The notes: a model not told the origin generated them from the sequence alone. 63,996 nucleotides of DNA, filler included, from an uncultured bacterium (GCA_964371695.1; 23 parts of 23 records of this genome joined end to end with filler, not necessarily neighbours in it), one strand, 5' to 3'; shown: positions 48,287 to 58,633, numbered from the whole stretch's first letter. Program-made: numbers and translations.

Positions 48287-50030
48287 ATGGCCCTTCTGGT
48301 CACCGCACTGGTCAGCGGCTGCGGTGGCGGCGGGGGCGGTTCGGCTCCCCGGGCGGGCGCGCCCGCCAACAGCAACGGGGTCAAGGGGCAGATGAACCTG
48401 ACGGTGGACTTTCCCCCGCTGCCCAAGGCTCGCGCCGCCAGTGATCGCACCGCCGCCAAGCTGGCCGCCGAAGCCGTGGCCGTAGACGTGGCCGTGTTTG
48501 CCCTGGTGGATGGCCGCGAAGAGACCACCCCCACCAAAACCGCCACGCTCCTGCGGTCCTCTGCCGCCGGTGGCAAGGTCTCGACACAAATCGAACTGAA
48601 AGTCGGGCGTTATCTGGCGCGCATCAGCAGCCGTGGCGCGGGTGGCGAAAACCTGGGAGCCAGCCTGGAGAGCGTGCGCATTGAGCCGCAAAAGGTCACC
48701 ACCGTGCCCACCACATTGGGGCTGGTGCATACCGACGAGGGCTTCACCCCCGCCAGCATCAGCCTGTCCACCGGCGAGCGGCTGGTGGTGCATCACAGCG
48801 GTCTGGCCCCCGGCCTGTTTTCGCTGGAGGGCGTGAGTGACTGCGCCGCCACACTGGAGCGCACGGGCGCACTGGCCTGCACACTGCGTCGGGCCGGTTC
48901 CTTCAAATTGAAATCCCCCGAAGGCCACACTGCCGATGTCACTGTCACCGAAGACGCCGCATTGCTGGCCCAGGCCAAACCCAGCCTGGGGGTGCGCCGG
49001 GCCGAGGGTCTGGCCCTGAGCGGCAGCACGTTCACCGCCGAGTTTCTCATCAACAACGGCGGCGCGGCGTTGCCCAGCGGCCTGGTGCTGGACCCCGGCA
49101 ATGGCGACAGCCCCCTGGCCGTGACAGACACCCAGGTGAGCGTGGCCTATGACGAAGGCGGTTATCTGGCGCGCCTGATGGACGCGGCTGGCAATGTGCT
49201 GGGCCAGCGTTTTGTGGGCGTGTTCGAGGCCGCTCTGGACCCGCCGGGCACCGTGGTGCTGGCGGAACTGCCCACCAGCCAGAGCGCCTCTTCGCTGCTG
49301 GTGCAGGGCACGGCCCCCGCCGGTGCGCTGGTGGTGGTGAACGTGGGCGAAGTGGTGTACACCGTTGTGGCCGGGGTCACGGGTGAGTTCTCGGTGGCGG
49401 TTACGCTGGCTGAGGGTGAGAACCCCATCAGCGCTTTTGCCGTGAACGACGAAGGGCTTACCGGCGAGGCCGTCCTGGCCGTGGTGGCCTATGCGCCAGA
49501 GATCGTGCCCGGCGCACTCGCGAGCATTGAGATCACCGGCCTCACCGGCCCGGTGGTGGCGNNNNNNNNNNCATGACGCGGCGGGGGGCGTGGTGGCTTT
49601 TTCGCCCACCGTGGAACTCACCGGCGTGGAAGGCTCCCTCAGTGGCAACACGGGTTTCACCGCCATCACCACCGGCGCGGGTGTGCTGCTGGTGAGCGGC
49701 CCCGGCGGCGTCACGGCAGAGCTGGCCTTTGACGTGATTCCCGGCGCGCTGGCGTCGCTCAGTGTCACGCCCGGCAACGTCACCACCAGCACCGGCGAGG
49801 TCACCTCTTTCACCGCCACGGGCCAGGACGCCCTGGGCAACGCCATCCCAGACCTCACCGATCTCACCTGGACAACCGAAAGCCTCACGGGCCTGTCGCC
49901 AGACGGCGTGTTCGCCCCCACGGCTTCGGGTTATGGCGTGGTGCGGGTGGCCTCGGGCAGCGTCAGCGCCGTGGCCTGTGTGAGTGTGAACGCCGCCGCC
50001 AACACCAATGTGACGCGAGCCGCAAGATAA
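48287..50030 (+). CDS. Surface lipoprotein with Ig-like domains (interrupted by 10-N scaffold gap at 49562)
   Basis: Lipobox LVSGC plus poly-Gly; Big-type segments (VTLAEGENPISAFA; LASLSVTP..FTATGQDALGN). Confidence 0.7.
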
Positions 50031-50062
50031 GTCACAAAACCAGAAACAGTCGGAGTGATTGT

Positions 50063-50428
50063 TTGTCTCCTGAGTTCCCCGCCCAACTGGCCCGGCAGGC
50101 CGCCGCACACGCGGCCTGTTTTGGCATCGAAATCAACACCCAGCCCCTGAGTGTTGAAAAAATCGAAAAGGTGCTGGAGAACCTGCACGACACCCTGGCC
50201 CAGGAAAACCCCGCCGAAGAAAAAATCAGCGCCTTTGCCGCCGCCTATGGCGCGGCCCTGGGCGAAGTGATGTGTGTTCAGCATGGTGCGGCGTGGCAAG
50301 AAAACGGCCTGCTGATGCTGAAAGATGGCGAGCCTGTCAACCCGACGGCGCTGGTGCGCCAGCGCATCTCAGGCGGCCCTGCACACGATGTCAACCGCTG
50401 GTATCGCCAGACACAGGCGGGTGGTTAG
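50063..50428 (+). CDS. Hypothetical protein (DUF3806-like)
   Basis: YGAALGEVM..GAAW..NP pattern. Confidence 0.5.
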   Translation: MSPEFPAQLARQAAAHAACFGIEINTQPLSVEKIEKVLENLHDTLAQENPAEEKISAFAAAYGAALGEVMCVQHGAAWQENGLLMLKDGEPVNPTALVRQRISGGPAHDVNRWYRQTQAGG

Positions 50429-50666
50429 AGCATTTTCGGAATTGATGTAGCGCTCCTCTTGGTGCAGCAAAAGACCATACCCCCCCCCCGAGGCCCCGGA
50501 CTGGGGGGGGGGAGGGCGCCGGGGGGGGGTGGGGGGTTTTTTAAAAAAACAAAAAACAAAAAAGGCNNNNNNNNNNNNNNNNNNNNNNNNNNNNNNNNNN
50601 NNNNNNNNNNTTAATTAATTAANNNNNNNNNNNNNNNNNNNNNNNNNNNNNNNNNNNNNNNNNNNN

Positions 50667-51085
50667 TGCTTCAGATGGGCGTTGAGAACATCGACGGCGA
50701 ATTACTGAGTCAGGCGTCGGACGCAGCCCTCACGCTGATGGTGTGGGTGGGGGCGTTTGGCGCGAGTGCAGCGGTGAAATCGCGCCAGCATCTGGTGCTG
50801 GGGGCCCTGCCCAAAGCGCTGTGGCGGCGCAAGCTGAGCGAGATGCTCTCGTTTGTCATCGCCACTGGTCTCGCGGTGACGCTGGTGCAGTTTCTGGTTC
50901 AGTTGGGGGCCGACCAACCGGTGCATAAATTCCGTGCCATGGTGGGCCTGACTGCGGCGGGCTGCCTGATGGCGGTGCGTTTCCTGCTGTGCCTGCTGGG
51001 GGCCGACCCACCCGCCGAAGACGCCATCGGCAGTCACCCTGGTGTGAGCGTTTCGCTGGCTAAACCGGAGGTTGAAAATGCTTGA
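50667..51085 (+). CDS. TRAP transporter small permease (DctQ-like), 5' truncated
   Basis: LMVWVGAFGASAAVKSRQHL motif; upstream of a DctM-like gene. Confidence 0.8.
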
Positions 51086-51086
51086 G

Positions 51087-51269
51087 GCATCCGTGGGCCA
51101 AGGGCCATGGATGGCCCTTGCCGCCGCCGACCCAGAGCGGGCGGGCGAAAAAACAACAGGTGTGAAACATCAGAATGCGCCATGGCTGAAAGGGATTTTG
51201 GGAGGGTCTGGGCCGTGCGGCGTTGTTCGTAAGGTTTCAAGGATGAAACCGGCGGACCAAAACATAAGC
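51087..51269 (+). repeat. 183-nt structured intergenic element, family C copy 2
   Basis: Aligns with reverse complement of 4855-5037; CATGGATG and CAAGGATG hairpin loops. Confidence 0.85.
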
Positions 51270-51333
51270 TTATGGGTGAAAGGCCACTTGGGCTTTCCCC
51301 TTTCGCAGAACCCGATTTCTCTGGAGAAAAGCA

Positions 51334-52623
51334 ATGGAGCTTAATACCCCCTGGGTCATCGGCTCGCTGGTTTTTCTGGGCGTGTTGGTTTATGTGCGGG
51401 TGCCGCTGTTTTTGTGCATCGCCGCCCTCAGTGGTCTGGCCTATTCACACTGGAGTTCCTTTGCCGAACCCCTCACGGGCATTCCCCTGGCGCTCATGGG
51501 CATATTGGAGGAACGCTCTTTGCTGGCGATTCCGCTGTTCCTGTTCACCAGCGTCATCCTGAGCCACGGCGAAGGCGGCCGCCAACTGGTGGGGCTGATG
51601 AACCGCCTCACGCTGCGCCTGCCGGGCCGGGCGCTCAGCGGCACGGTGCTCAGCGCCGTGGCCTTCAGCGCGCTCAGCGGCTCCAGCCCCGCCACCGTCA
51701 TGGCGCTCGGAACAGCCCTTGCGCCAGAGCTGGCCAAGGCGGGTTATAAACGCGAGCGCGTGGTGGGGGCCATCACCGCCGCCAGCGCCCTGGGCACGCT
51801 GCTGCCCCCCAGCGTGGCGGTGATTTTTTACGCCATCGTGGCCAAAGGGGCACAACCCATGGCCGCCGGTGAGCCGCTGACGCCCGACGTGATTTATCGC
51901 GCCGCACTGCTGCCCACGGCGCTGGTGGCGCTGCTGTTCATGGTGGTCATGGCGGTGTTCCGCTGGGACAAAGGCGCACAGCGCGCCAATTTGCAGGATG
52001 GTTTTTCGCCGCTGAAGGCCCTGCTGGTGTGCGCGGTGCCGGTGGTGGTGCTGGGGGGGCTTTATGGCGGCTGGCTCAACCTGCTGGACGCCGCCACCCT
52101 CGCGCTTCTGATTTCGGTGGTGATGGAGGTGGTGATCTTCCGGGCCGTGAGCGTGAAACAACTGGGGGCGCTGTTTGAAGAAGGCGCGCGTCAGGTGGGG
52201 CTGCTGCTCATCATCGTGGCGCTCACGCTGGCCATGAACAGTTACCTCACGTTGCAGGGCGTGCCCGAAAAAATCACCCAGTGGACAGCAAACCACATGT
52301 CCCAGCCCTGGCAGTTTCTGTTGATGGTCAACGTGATTCTGCTCATTGCCGGTTGCCTCATGGACATTTTCAGCGCCACCGTGCTGCTGGCCCCCCTGCT
52401 AGTGCCGCTGGCCGTGTTTTTTCACCTGGACCCGGTGTGGTTCGGCATTTTGTTTCTGTTCAATCTGGAGATCGGTTTTCTCACGCCGCCGGTGGGCATC
52501 AACCTGTTTGCCGCTGCGGGTGTGCTGCGCATGGGTGTGATGGACGTGGTGCGCGCCGTGTGGCCACTGCTGGCCTGGATGCTGGTGGCGCTGGCGGCCC
52601 TCAGTGTGTATCTGTTGCGGTAG
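51334..52623 (+). CDS. TRAP transporter large permease (DctM-like)
   Basis: LLAIPLF, SGSSPAT, LGTLLPPS and LTPPVGINLF motifs. Confidence 0.93.
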   Translation: MELNTPWVIGSLVFLGVLVYVRVPLFLCIAALSGLAYSHWSSFAEPLTGIPLALMGILEERSLLAIPLFLFTSVILSHGEGGRQLVGLMNRLTLRLPGRALSGTVLSAVAFSALSGSSPATVMALGTALAPELAKAGYKRERVVGAITAASALGTLLPPSVAVIFYAIVAKGAQPMAAGEPLTPDVIYRAALLPTALVALLFMVVMAVFRWDKGAQRANLQDGFSPLKALLVCAVPVVVLGGLYGGWLNLLDAATLALLISVVMEVVIFRAVSVKQLGALFEEGARQVGLLLIIVALTLAMNSYLTLQGVPEKITQWTANHMSQPWQFLLMVNVILLIAGCLMDIFSATVLLAPLLVPLAVFFHLDPVWFGILFLFNLEIGFLTPPVGINLFAAAGVLRMGVMDVVRAVWPLLAWMLVALAALSVYLLR

Positions 52624-53322
52624 ATGCCCGCAGCACGTCCATCAGGTCCAGATCGCCGCCCCGCGTGGCCATGTCCAGAGCCGACACACCCATCCTGCCC
52701 TTGCGGCGGGGGTCGGCGCCCGACTTGAGCAGGGCGTGCATCACTTCTTCGTAATCTTTGGGCAGCCAGAAACCCGGCTCACCGGGCTTGACCGGCTTGG
52801 GGCCAAACGCGCCCGGCATCATGCGAAGCATGTCCATGAGGTAATGGGCGGCGGGCATCTGCACCAGCACCACCGCCAGCATCAGCGGCGTGAGGCCCTC
52901 GGCGTTTTCCACGTCGGGTTTCACACCCGTTTTCAGCAACAGCTGCGTGACCGGCACGTTGCCCATCACCACCGCCACGTGCAGCGGTGTGAGGCCCACG
53001 GACTTGATGCCCACCTCAGGATTCGCGCCGCCCTCCAACAGGGTGCGCACCAGGGTTTCGTCGCCCCGCGTCACCGCCAGAAAAAGCGGCGAAATGCCCG
53101 GCGGCGACATGGCCTGATCCGGTTTCGCCCCGGCCTTCAGCAGCGCCCGCACCATGTCCGCGTGACCATAAAACACCGCCATCATCACCGGCGTCAGGCC
53201 ATCGCCCTTGCCCTTGCGAGTCTCTTCGACAGCCGGTGTGTCGGGTGAAAGCCCCCCCGTCACCAGCGGGGCAATGACGTTTTCGTGGTTGAGCAGCGCC
53301 GCGATGTGGTGCAGTGAAAGCC
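52601..53322 (-). CDS. Ankyrin repeat protein, 5' truncated
   Basis: Repeated GxTPLxxA..G...V..LL..GA motifs. Confidence 0.9.
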
Positions 53323-53422
53323 NNNNNNNNNNNNNNNNNNNNNNNNNNNNNNNNNNNNNNNNNNNNTTAATTAATTAANNNNNNNNNNNNNNNNNNNNNN
53401 NNNNNNNNNNNNNNNNNNNNNN

Positions 53423-53956
53423 GTTCAGGGCGTCCTGGTCCAGGTCCCAGGCGTGGATGGTCACGTTTTTCCAGCCGTGCTCCAGCGCCAGAATGGCCAG
53501 GGAATAGGGTTCTTCGCCGGTGCTGCAACCGGCGCAGAAAATGGACATCGGCTCGCCTCGCGCCGCCATGGGCAGCAGGATTTCCTTCTCCAGGGAATCC
53601 CAGCGCTCCGGGTTGCGGAAGAACTCGCTCACGTTGATGGTGAGGCGGTCAAAAAACCGCGTGCGCACCTTTTCGTCTTCGGCCATGCGGTCCAGCAACT
53701 GGTCATAGGTTTTCAGGTCATACAACGAGAGCATCATGTTGATGCGCCGCCGCATCTGACGCTCCTTGTACAGGTTCAGGTCTATCTGATAGGTCTTGAG
53801 GAACTTCTCCACAAACCGGGCGTAGTCCGCGTCGCTCAGTTCCGGCACGGGGGCCATCCAGAACCCCTTGATGGGGTTGCTGAGGGGGGTTTTCGCCGTT
53901 TCGCCACCCATGGATTGGGCGGCCTCCCCGGTGGGCGGTTGTTCGTTGCTGGTCAT
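53423..53956 (-). CDS. cheR: Chemotaxis methyltransferase CheR, 3' truncated
   Basis: YKERQMRRRI, LTINVSEFFRN and AGCSTGEEPYSLA motifs. Confidence 0.93.
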
Positions 53957-53995
53957 GTGAGAATCCCCAGAAAAGCAGGTTGACTGGGGATTCTA

Positions 53996-54126
53996 GCGGG
54001 CCTGGATGGCCCGCACCGAAAACCGAAGGGTTTTAAATCCGAAGGTTTTCGCGCTCGCAACGGGAATTTATTTCCTGTTGCGGCGTGCATAAAACACCAC
54101 GGAGGGAGTTTTGTGCAGAGTTTTAA
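53996..54126 (+). repeat. Structured repeat, family E copy 2
   Basis: GCGGGC-CTGGATG-GCCCGC, AAAACCGAAG..GGTTTT, CGCAAC..GTTGCG and GCATAAAACAC-CACGGAGG-GAGTTTTGTGC. Confidence 0.7.
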
Positions 54127-54168
54127 GGTTGTCGCCCGCAGGCCCTTTCAATAGTATCACCCTCACGC

Positions 54169-55881
54169 ATGGCGATTGTGGCCGGGATTGATTTGGGCAC
54201 CACCAACAGCGCCGTCGCGGTGCTGAGCGGCGGCGCGCCCGTGGTGCTGGGGGCAGAAGACGACCAGCCCCTGCTGCCCAGCCTGGTGTGGATTGGCGAG
54301 GACGGCGAGATATTGGTGGGCCGGGCCGCCCGCGAGCGGGGGGTGCTGGACCCGGCGGGTCTGGTGACCCATGTCAAGCGCCACATGGGCGCCGGCTGGA
54401 AACTTGAGCGGGGCGGCAAGGTCTACACCGCCCCCATGGTGTCCTCCTTCATTTTGCGGCGGCTCAAAGACGCCGCCCAGACGGCCCTGGGGCAGCCGGT
54501 GCAAAGCGCCATCATCACCGTGCCGGCTTATTTCAACGACAATCAGCGCAAGGCCACGCAAGAGGCGGGCGAGCTGGCCGGGCTGAAGGTGCTGCGGCTC
54601 ATCAACGAACCCACCGCCGCTTCGCTGGCCTATGGCCTGGGGGGCGGCGCGGGTCTGGTGCTGGTGTTTGACCTTGGGGGCGGCACCTTTGACGTGAGTC
54701 TGCTGAGTGTGGAAGAAGGCGTGTTTGAGGTGCTGGCCACGCGGGGCATCAACCAGTTGGGGGGCGCTGATTTTGATCAGGCGCTGCTGAAATTGCTGGT
54801 GGAACGATATCAGCAGCAGTTTGGTGAAGACCCCACCGCCGACCCCCTGGCGGCGGCCAAATTTCTGGAGGCCGCCGAAAAAGCCAAGATGGACCTGTCG
54901 GCGTTGCCGGTGGCCACGGTGGACCTGCCCTTTGTCAGCGCCAACGCCCAGGGGCCTATTCACTTTCGCGCACCCATCACCCGCGAAACCTTCGAAGCGC
55001 TCCTGGCCCCCTTTCTGGAACAGTTGAACGAAGCGGTGGACGAAGCCCTGCGCGACGCCCAGTTGGCGGCGCGGGACATTGAAGCGGTGGTGCTGGTGGG
55101 CGGCAGCACGCGCATTCCCATCATCGGCGAGATGCTGGAGAAGCGTTTTCCTGGCCGGGTGCGGCGCGACATACACCCCGAAGAATGCGTGGCCCTGGGG
55201 GCCGCCGCCCAAGGGGGGGTGTTGCAGGGCCAGCTCACCGGCCTGGTGCTGGTGGACGTGACGCCGCTGAGCCTGGGCGTGGAAACCGAGGGCGACGTGT
55301 TTGTGCCCGTCATTGGCCGCAACACGGCGCTGCCCGCCCGTGCCCGGCGGCTGTTCACCACCATCAGCGACTTTCAGCGGCTGGTGGACGTACAGGTGTT
55401 GCAGGGCGAGCGCCTGCTGGCCAGCAAAAACGTGAGCCTGGGGCAGTTTGGCCTCACGGGCCTGCACCAGGGCCGGGCCGGTGAAACCCGCATTGAGGTG
55501 ACGTTTGAAATTGACGTGAACGGCATGGTGCGGGTGTGGGCCCACGACCTGCGCACCGGCGCACAAGAGAAAATTGACCTCGTGGGCCACCGCACCCTCA
55601 CACCCGAAGAAATCGCCGAATGCGTGGCCATGGGAGATCAGACCCGGCGCGAAGACGAACAGTTTGTGGAGCGCGCCCGCCACAGCCAGCAGGCCCGCGA
55701 TGCCATGCGTCAGGCCCGCGCCCTGCTGGGCGAGGCCACGGACCTGCCCCGTCAGGCCACCGAAGAACTGCTCAGCGCCATCGAAGACCTGGAACAGGCC
55801 CTGGCGCTGAAGGAGACCTCGGTGGAGGAAATCACCCGTCTGGCCCAGGGACTGCTGGAGATGGTGCGGGGAAGGGTGTAG
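54169..55881 (+). CDS. Hsp70/DnaK-family chaperone (divergent paralog)
   Basis: GIDLGTTNS, TVPAYFND, EPTAA, DLGGGTFDVS and VGGSTRIP motifs; short lid. Confidence 0.93.
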   Translation: MAIVAGIDLGTTNSAVAVLSGGAPVVLGAEDDQPLLPSLVWIGEDGEILVGRAARERGVLDPAGLVTHVKRHMGAGWKLERGGKVYTAPMVSSFILRRLKDAAQTALGQPVQSAIITVPAYFNDNQRKATQEAGELAGLKVLRLINEPTAASLAYGLGGGAGLVLVFDLGGGTFDVSLLSVEEGVFEVLATRGINQLGGADFDQALLKLLVERYQQQFGEDPTADPLAAAKFLEAAEKAKMDLSALPVATVDLPFVSANAQGPIHFRAPITRETFEALLAPFLEQLNEAVDEALRDAQLAARDIEAVVLVGGSTRIPIIGEMLEKRFPGRVRRDIHPEECVALGAAAQGGVLQGQLTGLVLVDVTPLSLGVETEGDVFVPVIGRNTALPARARRLFTTISDFQRLVDVQVLQGERLLASKNVSLGQFGLTGLHQGRAGETRIEVTFEIDVNGMVRVWAHDLRTGAQEKIDLVGHRTLTPEEIAECVAMGDQTRREDEQFVERARHSQQARDAMRQARALLGEATDLPRQATEELLSAIEDLEQALALKETSVEEITRLAQGLLEMVRGRV

Positions 55882-56154
55882 TGGTTCATTTGATTTGAAA
55901 TGAGTAGCAGCGATGTCCTCATCGCTGCTGTATTGGTGCGGTGGGGACACCGCACCTACTCCTCATTTTTAGAGCAAATTCATAGTAAATGAAGACAAAA
56001 AAGGGCACTTGGCCGCGAGGCAAAAAGAGCCAGCCCTGCTTATATTTTCTGGTTNNNNNNNNNNNNNNNNNNNNNNNNNNNNNNNNNNNNNNNNNNNNTT
56101 AATTAATTAANNNNNNNNNNNNNNNNNNNNNNNNNNNNNNNNNNNNNNNNNNNN

Positions 56155-56561
56155 CCCACGGCGTCCAGGGTTTCCACCACCGACAGACCCAGTTCCTGGG
56201 CAGTGCGGTCGGTGTCCTGGGCGGTGCGGCTCCCCTGGGGCACGCTCAGCAGCACCTGACCCGCCACCACGCGGCCATACACGGGGTCATCCACCACCCG
56301 CGCCCCCGCCTGGGCGAGGTCCGTGGCGGGCTGTGCGCCGGTGGCGGGCGTGTTAAGAGAGGGGGAAAGGGTCTGTGCCGGGGAAGGCGAGGGAGACTGG
56401 GCAAGCTGGGTGGTGGGGGCCGTGGCAATGTTCTTACGGCTTCCACCCCCGCAGCCGGTGAGGGAAATCAACGCCAAAACCGCCGCAAATGCGGCTTCTT
56501 TCCAATAAATGACCCCCGCAGGACGCCCAGCGGGGAGGCGATTCAGTGAAAATAATGGCAC
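56155..56561 (-). CDS. Lipoprotein N-terminus, possibly S8 peptidase prodomain, 3' truncated
   Basis: Lipobox LTGC, P/T/S-rich linker, VVAGQVLLSV...LGLSVVETL prodomain-like segment. Confidence 0.5.
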
Positions 56562-56804
56562 AGACTCCCCCTCCTTCTCTTGTCTTATCGGCCAAGCCTG
56601 TAATCCATTGAGACCTTTTGGCCAAGTTTCTGCGGCCCACAGGCTCTATATAGAGGGACAGAGTCGGATAATTTTTTTCGGGAAAGCAGTTTTGTGACGG
56701 AAGACCCTGTTATGGCGGGGGCGCTCTATGCCCCTCCTTTTTATGACAGGTCGCAGGCTGTTGGGGGGACTGCTCCCCCCAACAGCCTGCGTTTCATGGA
56801 ATCT

Positions 56805-56970
56805 TTAGAGCGTTTTCGGAAATGGTAAAGCATTTACGGAGGCTTCCCTGTCCAAGCCTTGGCCAACCCGCCGTCCATAACCCCCAAACGGGGATTAAGC
56901 CCCCCCCGGCCGGGGTTTTTGACCCTGTTTTCAGACGATGCATGATTCACCAATTCCGAAAGTGCTCTAA
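56805..56970. mobile_element. MITE-like element, family B (complete, 166 bp)
   Basis: TIR TTAGAGCGTTTTCGGAA / TTCCGAAAGTGCTCTAA; no coding capacity. Confidence 0.88.
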
Positions 56971-57031
56971 CCTGCTTTCTGTTGCGCGATGGAACACCAC
57001 ACCTGCCCCAAAAGGGCAAAAAATCAGGGGC

Positions 57032-57898
57032 CTACTTCACCGGGGCGTTGATGGTGCGGGCCACGGTGTTGATGACCTGTTCCTTGTCAAAGGGCTTGGC
57101 CAGGAACTCCAATACCCCTTCTGCCAGGGCGCTGCGGATGAGCTTGCTGTTGGCCACGGCGCTGCACACCAGAATGCGCGCCGTCGGGTCAATGGCGCGG
57201 ATGTTCTTAACGGCCTCCACACCGTTCATGTGGGGCATGGTGATGTCCATGATGGTGAGCGCCGGGTGATAACGCTTGTAAAGAGAGATGGCCTCGTCGC
57301 CGTCGCGGCCTTCGCCCACCACCGTATACCCCACCCCCTCCAGAATCATGCGCAGCAGCTTGAGGATGAACAGGCTGTCGTCTACCAAAAGAATGGTGCC
57401 CGCCTGACCAGGGGCGATGTCGGGGCCTTCCTCGCTGGCGGGCACGGCCACCATGAACTGGATGTCTCCCTTTTTGGAGCTGAACAGCACGCGGGTGATG
57501 TCGGTTTTTTCCAGCAGGGTTTTCATTTCGCCGCCACGGGGGTAATAGATGGGAATGCCGGGAATGGCCTGATGACCGTCGTTCATCAGCGCGGTGCAGG
57601 CCTCGCCGGTGACCATGTTCACCACTTCCTTCACGCAGTGTTCCTTCAGGCTGGGTTTGAGTTCTTCGGGGAACTCGCTCAGCAGCGTCTCGGCCACCAT
57701 TTCGATGGTGTGCAGCGACAGCAGCATCACGATCTGGCCGCGGATGTTGCCGGTGACCTCCACCGACACGGCCACGTCATATTCCTCTACATTCACCGGA
57801 GCATGAGGCTGCACCTGAATGCCCGGCTCTTCGCGCAGCAAAATGTTCAGCACGTTGCGGGCGGCGATGGTGAAGTAATCGGCCAGGGTGTTGTTCAT
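57032..57898 (-). CDS. CheX phosphatase-like domain fused to CheY-like receiver
   Basis: VTGNIRG and EVVNMVTG (CheX ExxN); VDDS, MDITMP and KPF (receiver). Confidence 0.88.
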   Translation of the reverse strand: MNNTLADYFTIAARNVLNILLREEPGIQVQPHAPVNVEEYDVAVSVEVTGNIRGQIVMLLSLHTIEMVAETLLSEFPEELKPSLKEHCVKEVVNMVTGEACTALMNDGHQAIPGIPIYYPRGGEMKTLLEKTDITRVLFSSKKGDIQFMVAVPASEEGPDIAPGQAGTILLVDDSLFILKLLRMILEGVGYTVVGEGRDGDEAISLYKRYHPALTIMDITMPHMNGVEAVKNIRAIDPTARILVCSAVANSKLIRSALAEGVLEFLAKPFDKEQVINTVARTINAPVK

Positions 57899-58033
57899 GG
57901 CTGGTGGGTTGCGGGCGGGCGACGCTGCCCGCTTGCGGTTGGACATTATGACCCGGCGGCAGTTTAAGCGCCAGCAAAAAGACAGTGATTTGACGGGGAC
58001 ACCAGCATTCCCCTCCCAAAGCACCAAAAAGAA

Positions 58034-58345
58034 TCAGACCGAAAAATCCAGGCGGTTTCCAAGACCCAGCACACGGGCGGGTGAGGGGTCTTCGGTCGGC
58101 TCCGGCTTGGCCTGCCTGCCAGAATCCCGCGGATGGCGGCGGCTGCCATCCCGGTCCACCGCCGGTTTTTCAGGGCCTTCCTGGGCCTGCACCTGACTCT
58201 GGGCCACGTCCTTCACGGCCTGCTCGCGGTTTGTCAGCAATTCACCCTGATTACGAAGAGCCAGTTCCTGCTGATATTGAAGGCGCGCGATATCGGCGGT
58301 CTTGCTGGAGAGCACCTGCAGGTCTGATTGTCCCGGCCCCGGCAT
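58034..58345 (-). CDS. Conserved hypothetical protein of the type found in flagellar/chemotaxis clusters
   Basis: DLQVLSSKTADIARLQ N-terminus and GNRLDFSV C-terminus. Confidence 0.6.
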   Translation of the reverse strand: MPGPGQSDLQVLSSKTADIARLQYQQELALRNQGELLTNREQAVKDVAQSQVQAQEGPEKPAVDRDGSRRHPRDSGRQAKPEPTEDPSPARVLGLGNRLDFSV

Positions 58346-58633
58346 GACGCCATTTTAGCGCATTTTCAGCGGCTTTTCCTGCCTCACCCTGAAAGGCAGA
58401 GGGTTCTCTGGCGCCATTGACGGGGAAAGCGGGAATGACGCCGGGGCGATGGAGTCTTTCTTCCCCCTCTCCCCTTAAATGGGGAGAGGGTTGGGGTGAG
58501 GGGTTTATTCAAAGACAAAAAACCAAATAAGTTTTTTGCTTTTGTTTTCATACCACAGGCGAGACGCCCGTGGCTACTGCAGTGTCGCCACCAACCTCCA
58601 GCGCCCGACCTCCGATTTCTGGATTGCCCCCGC

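Noticed and set aside
47913-48395. ORF overlapping the start of the Ig-like lipoprotein
   Set aside because: The first ~70 codons look like a real truncated surface-protein fragment, but the end and frame cannot be supported and it overlaps the next gene.
50480-50566. Poly-C/poly-G/poly-A tract, possible G-quadruplex or phase-variation site
   Set aside because: Low-complexity sequence at a contig end, typical of poor-quality read tails.
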